Source: Eledone cirrhosa
Lineage: Eukaryota
Direction of reading: 5' to 3'
DNA length: 64,000 nucleotides
Assembly (NCBI GenBank): GCA_964016885.1
Contig: OZ024748.1
Coordinates: 46,934,001-46,998,000 of the forward strand
Made by a program: the position numbers and the translations under genes
The notes under the pieces: generated by a model
What the model was told of the DNA's origin: nothing
The model's database searches: none
What the model saw: only the letters and a program-made list of their open reading frames with translations
Shown: in pieces, positions 53,113 through 64,000 of the stretch
Layout: the number at the start of each line of letters is the position of its first letter
Numbering within the stretch: the stretch's first letter is position 1

Positions 53113-53115
<3 letters not shown>

Positions 53116-53659
53116 AAAGTTTTATTTAAGATTGTTGGGTTACAACGAGTAAATATTTTATAACTGATATAAAAGCACTCAACAGTTTCTGGAGTAGGTT
53201 TACGATATTAAACAAATGGAAACTATATTTACAAAACCATATTTATTTCGTTATATATATTTCTGGGATATCATATTAAAAATATGTTATGCCTTCCTCA
53301 GACAAAATACAATACATAAGCTGTTTTATAAATAATTAGTGACATACCTTGTAATAATGCAACTTCCTTTTAAAAAGTTGATTTACTACCAAATCAACTT
53401 TTTAAAAGGAAGTTGCATTATTACAATGTATGTCACTAATTATTTATAAAACAGCTTATGTATTGTATTTTGTCTGAGGAAGGCATAACATATTTTTAAT
53501 ATGATATCCCAGAAATATATATAACGAAATAAATATGGTTTTATAAATATAGTTTCCATTTGTTTAATATCGTAAACCTACTCCAGAAACTGTTGAGTGC
53601 TTTTATATCAGTTATAAAATATTTACTCGTTGTAACCCAACAATCTTAAATAAAACTTT

Positions 53660-53662
<3 letters not shown>
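53113..53662. mobile_element. Fold-back element family G: 272-bp arms, 6-nt loop, in pure (TA)n
   Basis: Arms 53113-53384 and 53391-53662 with ~2 mismatches. Confidence 0.9.
53466..53531 (+). ncRNA. Type I hammerhead ribozyme (family G)
   Basis: TATTTTGT-CTGAGGA-extended stem II (CATAT/ATATG)-GAA-ATATATAT-A-ACGAAATA. Confidence 0.7.
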
Positions 53663-53706
<44 letters not shown>

Positions 53707-53709
53707 ATA

Positions 53710-53811
53710 AAACAAAGAGGGTATGGCAAGATACCAGGTGGACCATAACGAACAAGAATACTCAAAACGTAGGGTAGTAGAGTTTGTAATAGGAAGAGTC
53801 AGGACTCTTTT

Positions 53812-53815
<4 letters not shown>
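53710..53815 (-). mobile_element. Family C-related tail with miniature fold-back
   Basis: Tail similar to 33832-33935. Ends ATAGGAAGAGTC-AG-GACTCTTTTCCTAT. Confidence 0.65.
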
Positions 53816-53898
<83 letters not shown>

Positions 53899-54120
53899 AG
53901 AAGTTCTATTTAAATTGTTGGGATACAACAGGCAAATATTTTTATATCTGATATAAAGCACTCAACAAATTATTGGAGTAAAAATACGAAATATTAACAA
54001 ACGAAACTATATTTATAAAACCATATTTATTTCATTATACATATTTCAAGGACACCAAGTTAAATTATGGTGTGCTTTCATCAGATAAAATATAATATAG
54101 AGCACTTTTATAAATAAATA
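53899..54120 (-). mobile_element. Diverged single-arm family G copy with hammerhead at 54028-54092
   Basis: Minus strand TATTTTAT-CTGATGA-AAGCACACCA..TGGTGTCCTT-GAA-ATATGTAT-A-ATGAAATA. Confidence 0.75.
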
Positions 54121-54501
54121 AATATATATAATACATTAAGTGAAAATAATGTGTCAACATTTATTGGATCCTCTCATCAACGTATGATAGTCTTTTCTTT
54201 TCAATTCATCAAAACACTGATGACTTTTAAAGCGATGGTTATATATTATTATATATATACATGTCTATTAAATGTCTGTTGCTTTGGGGTTCATACAATA
54301 ATTTCGCCAACAAAGACAGTAACCAATGTAACTGCCAGGTGTGGAATATAAATATTTATATAATTTATTGGCCTCTATTTATTTATTTAATATTGGTTGA
54401 TTGATTGAGACTTAATTGAATTATACTATTTATTTTTATGAAGTGGATATATACAAATATCTATATTATGTATATCTATATATTCAAAAATAAATAAATA
54501 A

Positions 54502-54554
<53 letters not shown>

Positions 54555-54669
54555 AATATATACATTTATACATATATCATATATCATATATACATATTAT
54601 ACGTTATATATATATATACATATATATACACAAATATATACATTTATACATATCATATATACATATACG

Positions 54670-54720
<51 letters not shown>

Positions 54721-55684
54721 TATATACACAAATATATACATTTATACATATATATATATATACATATATATATACACAAATATATACATTTATACATATA
54801 TACACATAAATATATACATTTATACATATATCATATATACTATATACGTTATATATACTCGTATATACACATACACAAATATATACATGTATACACATAT
54901 CATATATACATATACGTTATATATATGTGTGTGTGTGTTATGTGTTGTGCATGCGTGTGCGTATATGTGTGTATATTGTGTGTAGTGTGTGTAGTGTGTG
55001 TAGTATGTGTATATAATTGCTGAACTTGTGCCTAACACTTAAAATATTGTCATAAATAATATAGTTTCATGTTCTTGTTTTTATTGTTTTTGAAACAAAA
55101 TAATAACGAACTTTTTTATTATCATCATTACCATTACAATACAGCCGTCCATTATATCACACCATCACCAATACGACTATATACACATTAAAAAATCCGG
55201 TGTGAAAAGATTGAAAACACGAGACAAAATGAAAGAAAATCAGAAAAACAAAAATTGTGGTCGATTCATAGAACGTTTGTCTATGATTGTTAGAAATGGC
55301 GGCTGTTCCATTAGCGGGATCATAATTAATGATATATTTTAATGTAAGATTATCTGATTAGCTATCCTGTTGATTAACCTGGCCCCCAAAAGAAATTAAT
55401 TAGTTCTTATAGATAAAGTAAAGGAAAGGAAGAATGGAAGAATCCTGACCAGATAATTATAGAAATTTGTTAAGAATGTTATCTTAAAAATTATGAAAAA
55501 ATACATTTATTGTGGAGATAATAGAAGAGAATTTGGAATGAATGGGTTGAAGAGAATAACGGTATAGTGAGATAACTGGGTGTAGTTCGAAGAAATATAC
55601 TCTGGTAGTAGGATGGAGCTGTGTAGTGGACTGTGTCTCGAATCATGGCGTTGTTCTTTATGATGATGAAAATGATGATGATAT

Positions 55685-56535
55685 GGATTGGCAGTATCAG
55701 TAGAGCGTCGGACAACATGCTTAGCAGCATAGAGCCATGGCCTTTTAACGTTCTGTGTTCAAATTCCGCAGAGCTTTACTTTTCATCCTTACGGGGTCGA
55801 TAAAATAAAGTATCAGTTATGCACTAGGGTCGAAGTAATCGACTTTAGCTTCGCCCCAAATTGCTGGATTTGTGCCGTCAGTAGAAATCATGATTGGCAT
55901 TGTTGTTGTTGCTGCACATAAAGGGATTGTTTTGAGTTCAAATTCCGGCGTGGTCATATCGAACCGCTGCATTACTGGTACATAATTTCATCGACCCCGT
56001 AAAGGATGAAAGGCCAGACTAAGCTCGGCGGAATTTGAACTCTGAACGTAAAGGGGCGTAACTATATGTCACAAAGCATGTTGTAATGATGCTTCAGCCA
56101 ATCCACTGCTCTCTGATTATAATAATTGTTTCTACGTTAGGCACAAGGCCAGCAATTACCCAGTGCATTACTGGTACTTTATTTTATCGATTCCGTAAGG
56201 ATGAAAGGCAAAGTCAACCTCGGCGGGATTTGAACTCAGATCGTAAAGGGACGTAACTATGCTGGAAAGCATGGCGTCCGACCCTCTACCGATACTGCCA
56301 ATCCACCGCCCTTTGATAATAATAATAATTGTTTCTTATATAGGCACAAGGCCAGTAATTTGGGAGGGGGGAGTCGATTAAATCGAGCCCAGTGCGTGAC
56401 TGGTACTTTATTTTATCGTCCCCCTAAGGATGAAAGGCAAAGTTAACCTCGTCGGGATTTGAACTCAGATCATAAAGGACCGTAACTATGTTGCAAAGCA
56501 TGTTGTCCGACCCTGTATCGATACTGCTAATCCAC
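55685..56535. mobile_element. SINE cluster: 55685-55890 (+), then ~55965-56110, 56122-56311 and 56327-56535 (-)
   Basis: Family core in each copy; long and short forms mixed. Confidence 0.85.
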
Positions 56536-56994
56536 TCACTCAGACTCAGAAGCTACCGCGTCTTGCGACGCATAAGGTAAACGTAGTGTTCAATCGCGTT
56601 CGGTCAGCAGCCAGTTGCACAGCGTCCCCGCCATTGTCTGTTTGTCGCTCGCAGGTCCCTCTCAATTGTCTGGCGCCAGTTCATTTTAGGTCGCCCTCTC
56701 CGTCTGCTTCCCTGCGGGCTCCATTTAAGTACTTGGTTCGCCAGTCTCTCCGGGGGAAGTCTCAAAGCGTGTCCAAACCAGCCAAGGCGTCGCTCGCTTG
56801 CAGATGGTAGAAGAGACTAGCTGTTGGTTGGTGCGGTTCCTGACTTCCTAGTTTGTTACATGGTCACTCCATTTAATCCCCAGGACCTTTCGCAGACATC
56901 TGGAATCGAATGCGTCCAAGTTATTCTCTTGGCTGGCCTTAAGGTGCCATGTTTCACTTCCGTACAAGAGTGTGGACAGCACGTTGCTGCTCTC

Positions 56995-56995
<1 letters not shown>
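56536..56995 (-). mobile_element. RTE LINE 3' fragment
   Basis: Minus strand NVLSTLLYGSETWHL..AFDSRCLRKVLGIKWSDHVTN*EV..WFGHALRL..LKWSPQGSRRRGRPKMNW. Confidence 0.85.
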
Positions 56996-57026
<31 letters not shown>

Positions 57027-57027
<1 letters not shown>

Positions 57028-57205
57028 TGGTTTCTACTTTTAGCACAAGGCCAGCAATTATCCAGTACATTACTGGTACTTTTTTATCGACCACGTAAGG
57101 ATGAAAGGCAAAGTTAACCTCGCCGGGATTTGAACTCAGACCGTAAAAGGACGTAACTGTTCTAGAAAGTGTGGCGTCCAACCCTCTAGCGATACTGCCA
57201 CTTCA
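57027..57205 (-). mobile_element. SINE with (AAT)n tail
   Basis: Family match. Confidence 0.85.
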
Positions 57206-57654
57206 CCTAATAATAACAACTACAATATGATTTAATCCATGCACCAGGCTCTATTGTCTATTTGTGATGTGTGGCTATTGATTAAATATTTGTTTCTATA
57301 CAACATTCCAACTTTATTTATCGATCCCTACAACAGCATGAAGAAGAATGAAGGACAAAAATTTGTTAGGTTATTAGGACGAATATTTTACTTATTTCAT
57401 TCTTCATCTTCCACTGTTATTTTCATAACCTCATCATCGGTCTCATCATAATCATCAACATCAGCATTATCATCATCATCATTGTCATCACCAAATCGCT
57501 ATAATCATTAAGTTCTTCCTCCTTTTCCTCTTCATCATCACTATATGTTCATCACCATCAACACGATTACCACCCGCAGAATCATCTAAAATTATCATCA
57601 TCATATCAAAAAACAGCACCACCACATCACAGCCACCGCAACACTGCAGTGCAC

Positions 57655-58900
57655 CAACACCACATCACACCCATACCACACAACACCGCATCACACATCA
57701 CACCCATACCGCACAACACCACATCACATCCATAGCACACAACACAACACCACACGCATACCTCACAACACAACATCACATCCATACCACAACACCACAT
57801 CACACCCATACCACACCACACCACACCACACGCATACCTCACAACACCACACGCATACCTCACAACACCACATCACACCCATACCACACAACACCACATC
57901 ACACGCATACCACACAACACCACATCACACGCATACCTCACAACACCACATCACACCCATACCACACAACACCACATCACACGCATACCTCACATCACCA
58001 CATCACACCCATACTACACAACACCACATCACACATCACACCCATACAACACCACACCCATACCACACCACACCACATCACACGCATACCTCACAACACA
58101 TCACACAACACCACATCACACGCATACCTCACAACACCACACCTCATCACACGCATACCTCACAACAACACATCACACCCATACCACACAACACCTCACG
58201 CATACCTCACAACACCACATCACACAACACCACATCACACGCATACCTCACATCACCACATCACACCCATACCACACAACACCACATCACACATCACACC
58301 CATACAACACCACACCCATACCACACCACACCACATCACACGCATACCTCACAACACATCACACAACACCACATCACACGCATACCTCACAACACCACAC
58401 CTCATCACACGCATACCTCACAACAACACATCACACCCATACCACACAACACCTCACGCATACCTCACAACACCACATCACACCCATACCACACAACACC
58501 ACATCACACGCATACCTCACAACACCACATCACACGCATACCACACAACACCACATCACACGCATACCTCACAACACCACATCACACCCATACCACACAA
58601 CACCACATCACACGCATACCTCACAACACCACATCACACCCATACCACACAACACCACATCACACATCACACCCATACCACACAACACCACACCCATACC
58701 TCACAACACCACATCACACGAATACCTCACAACACATCACACAACACCACATCACACGCATACCTCACAACACCACACCTCATCACACGCATACCTCACA
58801 ACAACACATCACACCCATACCACACAACACCTCACGCATACGTCACAACACCACATCACACCCATACCTCAACAACACATCCATACCACACAACACCACA
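57655..58900. repeat. ~26-bp CA-rich minisatellite (CACCACATCACAC(G/C)CATACC(T/A)CACAA)n
   Basis: Direct reading; higher-order duplication visible at ~57990-58240 versus ~58240-58480. Confidence 0.92.
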
Positions 58901-59811
58901 GTAGTGCAGCACACCAACACCACCACCATATCACACCACAACACAACCACCCCATCATACCCATACCACACAACACTGCACCAACACCACCACCACATCA
59001 CATATACTCACAACAAACTCCCACCGCACCATCCACTCATGTTAATTCTTCCACTCACGCACGCATCAAACCTTTTGTTTACATAAACACCAGCACTCCA
59101 CTATACCACAGTATACCACACCACCGCGCTACACTACACCACTACCACCGCCACCACACAACCGTCACACACCCATCACACACCACCACCATACTACACC
59201 CTCACACTACCCGCACCACACTACCACCATTACACACTATCACACTAAAACCAACTGACTAGCACCACACTACACCGCCACACTATCATTACACAACAAC
59301 ACCACACGCAATCACATTACGCCATCACACTACATCACCACACTACCCCCAATACACTCCATACCACTACTACCACCACCGCCACACACCACCACAACAT
59401 CACAAAGCAACTGTTGCAGTGGTTAAATGGTTAATAACACGATTTAATCAGATAACCAACACATAAAAATTCCCAGAATAATTAACAACTTACAAATACA
59501 ATTATTAATTGCAGCATTTCTAACCATTTTGTGGCAATCCTTTTTTAAAATTTAATTATTTTTTATTTCATTTTGAATTATTTGCAATTTAAAATGAATT
59601 TAAAATCATATTTAGACATTTATTTTTGAAAATTTTGTTACATGTTTTATTTAAATAATTTTCCAATAATTTTAATGTTTTGTTTTCTTCTATATTGGAA
59701 CGATCATATACAGTAATCTTGTTTGCTAATACTAAGCTGATAGCATTGATTCTTTCGGTATGTCATTTATTTCAACAGGCTGATAACACGAACAGATTTA
59801 CACTTACAGAG

Positions 59812-59985
59812 GCACACACAAACATATAGACACACAGACACACACAAACATATAGACACAGACACACACAAACATATAGACACACAGACACACACAAACA
59901 TATAGACACACAGACACACACAAACATATAGACACACAGGCACACACAAACATATAGACACACAGACACACACAGACACACACAC
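59812..59985. repeat. 24-bp minisatellite (ACACACAAACATATAGACACACAG)n
   Basis: Direct reading. Confidence 0.9.
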
Positions 59986-60075
59986 ACATATATACAGAGA
60001 GAGACACTGAGACACAGAAACATATATATATATATATATATACAGAGAGAGACACCGAGACACTTACACAAACAT

Positions 60076-60125
<50 letters not shown>

Positions 60126-60647
60126 GAAGAGAGACTCGCACAAACATATATATACCGAGACACTGACACACACATATATTATATATATATAGAGAGAGAG
60201 AGTGAGAGAGTATGTCGGAGAGAGGGAGAGACACAAACATATATATAGAGAGACACACAAACATAAATACACAAGCATATATAGAGAGACACACACACAC
60301 TGTAATACACTATTACACCATTACAAAATGGCGGATCTTCTTTCACTTTAGGCTATCTTGATAACTTGTTTGACCGCCAGAAAGATTAAAATTCTGGTGC
60401 TGTAAAAAGTATAAATCAGATTATATTTTCTTCCTAACTAATCAAATTGTTCGTTTGTAAACACACAAACAAAAACATTAGAGAGATAACTTGACTAAAG
60501 ACGAACGATTAGTGACTGACAATTAATATCTTATGACTAACAAAGATTTAGCTGGAAATACAAATGAATTTAGTCCGAGTATGCGCATAGTCACATACGT
60601 TCACAAAGAAAGGCACACATACACGTACATCTCTTTCACTTTAGGCA

Positions 60648-60668
60648 ATGCATATATCTGCATGCATA

Positions 60669-60733
<65 letters not shown>

Positions 60734-60790
60734 GTATATGCATGCATATATATACAGACACATGTACATGCATGCATATATATACACATG

Positions 60791-60830
<40 letters not shown>

Positions 60831-60885
60831 TGTATATGCATGCATATATATATATTTATACACATGTATATATATATATATATAC

Positions 60886-60916
<31 letters not shown>

Positions 60917-60957
60917 CATACACATGTATATGCATGCATATATATATATTTATACAC

Positions 60958-60991
<34 letters not shown>

Positions 60992-61019
60992 GTGTATATA
61001 TATATATATATATATATAC

Positions 61020-61092
<73 letters not shown>

Positions 61093-61305
61093 CACATGTA
61101 TATGCATGCATATATATATATATTTATACACATGTATATATATACATGTGTATATACATATATGTATATATATATATATATACGTGTATATATATATATA
61201 TACACATGTATATACATATATATATGTGTATGTATATATATATATATACACATGTTTATGCATGCATATATATATACACATGTATATATATATATATATA
61301 TACAC

Positions 61306-61362
<57 letters not shown>

Positions 61363-61420
61363 CACACGCATGTATATGCATGCATATATATACATATATA
61401 TATATATATATGTATATGCA

Positions 61421-61480
<60 letters not shown>

Positions 61481-61578
61481 TATGCATGCATATACATGCG
61501 TATGTATATATATATATATACACACGCATGTATATGCATGCATATATATACATATATATATATATATATGTATATGCA

Positions 61579-61614
<36 letters not shown>

Positions 61615-61842
61615 TATGCATGCATATACATGCGTATATATATACACACGCATGTATATACATGCATATATATATACACACGCATGTATATACATGCATA
61701 TATATACATATATATATATGTATATGCATGAATATATATATATATATACATGTATATGCATGCATATATATATATATATACATGTATATGCATGCATATA
61801 TATACATGTATATGCATGCATATATATATACATGTATACTCA

Positions 61843-61892
<50 letters not shown>

Positions 61893-61965
61893 CATACATA
61901 TATATATATACATACATGTATACGCATGCATATGTATATATATATACTTACATGGATACCCATGC

Positions 61966-62005
<40 letters not shown>

Positions 62006-62045
62006 TATATATATATATATATATATATACATACATGTATATGAA

Positions 62046-62086
<41 letters not shown>

Positions 62087-62456
62087 TACATGTATATGAA
62101 TGCATATATATATACATGTGTATGCATGCCTATATATATATATATATATGCATATACATATATATATGCATGCATATACATATGCATATACATTATATAT
62201 ATATGCATGCACATGCATATACATATATATATGCATGCATATATATTTATATATATAACATGTATATGTTCATATACATATATACGCATATACATATATA
62301 TGCATATATATATATATGCATGTATATGCATATACATATATATATGCATGTACATATATATATGCATATGCATATATATGCATATATATATATATATATA
62401 TGCATATACATATATATGCATATGCATATATATGCATATATATATATATATGCATA

Positions 62457-62490
<34 letters not shown>
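60648..62490. repeat. ~1.8-kb (TA)/(CATG) array
   Basis: Direct reading. Confidence 0.95.
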
Positions 62491-62491
<1 letters not shown>

Positions 62492-62819
62492 ATACACAAA
62501 GACACACATGATTTTGTAATTTATCACTATTATCGTCATCCAACTGAAATTACCGCTTGTCTCTCATTCACAATTGTGATATTCGAAATGTGTTCCTGCT
62601 ATCAGGGTAGCAACATTTGATTCAATTTTGAATAAGCTGGGAGCAGAATTCATAGGCACGGGTTTGACACACCGCGGTGAATTAGATTACACAAATATAA
62701 ACAGAAATATGTGAGAGGAAAAATATTCAGAATATCCACATAAATCACATCACAAACGAAGGTGAACTTGCGGTTGATATTTAAAATATAATTCTGAAAT
62801 AAAATACAAAGACAAATTT

Positions 62820-63005
62820 ATTGTTTTTCTACTTTTGGCACAAGGCCAGCAAATAACCAGTGTATTACTGGTACTTTTATCGACCTCATAAGGATGAAGG
62901 CAAAGTTCACCTCGGCGGGATTTGAACTCAGAATGGCAAGGGCTGTAACTCTATGCGTCAAAGCATGGCCTCCGACTCTCTACCGATACTGCCAATCCAC
63001 CGCCC
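62820..63005 (-). mobile_element. SINE copy
   Basis: Family match. Confidence 0.87.
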
Positions 63006-63412
63006 TACAAAGACGAAATAATAATCACAGTTCTTTTCCATACGGTTTCTGTGCGTCAGAAAGTTAGGTTTAGAGTAAGAGAGGTTCTCTCTGACATTCT
63101 CTCCCATATATATATATATATATATACAGTATATATATATATATATATTGTTATACTTGGGGAGGGTCATATTGTTGTAATAATATTGCCAGAAATAATA
63201 ACAGAATACACTCACTGTTTGGTTGGTTTTCGCTTCTCTATCTTTTATATCGCCACAGTTAATTCATTTGGTCCTCAATGTTTATCATTGACTGACCAAC
63301 GGTCAAAAATGCAGATCTAAACATATATATTGTCTATATATATACGTAACATATATATATATATATATAGTAATAATAATAAATGTGAAGACTGAAATCC
63401 GAAGAAGGTTCG

Positions 63413-63446
<34 letters not shown>

Positions 63447-63447
<1 letters not shown>

Positions 63448-63628
63448 CTGTTTCTACTTTAGGCACAAGGCCAGCAACTACCCAGTGCCTCACTGGTACT
63501 TTATTTTATCGACCCCGTAAGGATGAAAGGCAAAGTCAACCTCGGCGGGATTTGAACTCAGATCGTAAAGGGACGTAACTATGCTAGAAAGCATGGCGTC
63601 CGACCCTCTACCGATACTACCAATCCAC
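63447..63628 (-). mobile_element. SINE copy
   Basis: Family match. Confidence 0.88.
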
Positions 63629-63634
63629 ATATAT

Positions 63635-63815
63635 AACGAAGGAATTGTGGTAAGGAACCAGATGGACCATAACGCACCTTAGTACTCAATACTTAGGGTA
63701 GTAGAATGGGTAATAGGAACAAGTATGACCCCGACGGCAGAGCTCAAGCCGTTTCGATGGCTATTTCTGGACTAGCCCTCGAAACGGCTTGAGCTCTGCC
63801 CTCGGGGTCATACTT

Positions 63816-63819
<4 letters not shown>
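63635..63819 (-). mobile_element. Fold-back element family C, tail on the left
   Basis: Arms around loop 63764-63772. Tail is the reverse complement of the 38061 copy's tail. Confidence 0.85.
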
Positions 63820-63857
<38 letters not shown>

Positions 63858-64000
63858 CAAGAAAGAAGAGTAACATGGTTTGCTATACAATAGGGGCTTT
63901 ATTCACATTGCTGACAATGGTTTCTCTGAACTGGTAGGTCTAGAGATCGCTACCCACCTGTTTTTGAGTCAATCGATCCCCAATACTTTGTTATAACCAG

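Noticed and set aside
53113-53662. Palindromes as fold-back sequencing or assembly chimeras
   Set aside because: Arms carry mismatches of graded amounts, outer flanks are not mirrored, and families recur with the same turn points. Read-level confirmation is still advisable.
57655-58900. CA-rich array as telomeric repeat or His/Thr-rich coding exon
   Set aside because: No TTAGGG-type unit, no splice context and irregular unit lengths; ordinary minisatellite.

Overview
AT-rich, repeat-dominated animal DNA with no recognisable host protein-coding exon. The huge (TA)n/(CA)n/(GA)n tracts, a tRNA-derived Nin/Deu-domain SINE and the retroelement mix point to a coleoid cephalopod, probably Octopus (inference). 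Nearly all long ORFs in the track are YI/CV microsatellite artefacts. Real coding remnants are: an R4/Dong-like RLE LINE (1-1438), a decayed Penelope-like element (2123-4363), a CR1/L2-group LINE with an open 1071-aa ORF2 whose first catalytic RT Asp reads Asn (10093-13308), a CRE-like RLE LINE, several RTE 3' ends and two Penelope GIY-YIG fragments. About 30 SINE copies and one hAT MITE are also present. The main observation is about 15 non-coding fold-back (palindromic) insertions of 0.1-1 kb from at least 7 unrelated sequence families, almost all set in (TA)n tracts. Wherever polarity can be read, the arms are head-to-head. Most carry a hand-foldable type I hammerhead ribozyme, with stem covariation between copies and recurring core variants (U3-A8 UUGANAA, U.U at 10.1/11.1, CCGAUGA). 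I read these as (TA)n-targeted, hammerhead-bearing, Penelope-mobilised non-autonomous elements. All folds were done by eye and ribozyme activity is untested.
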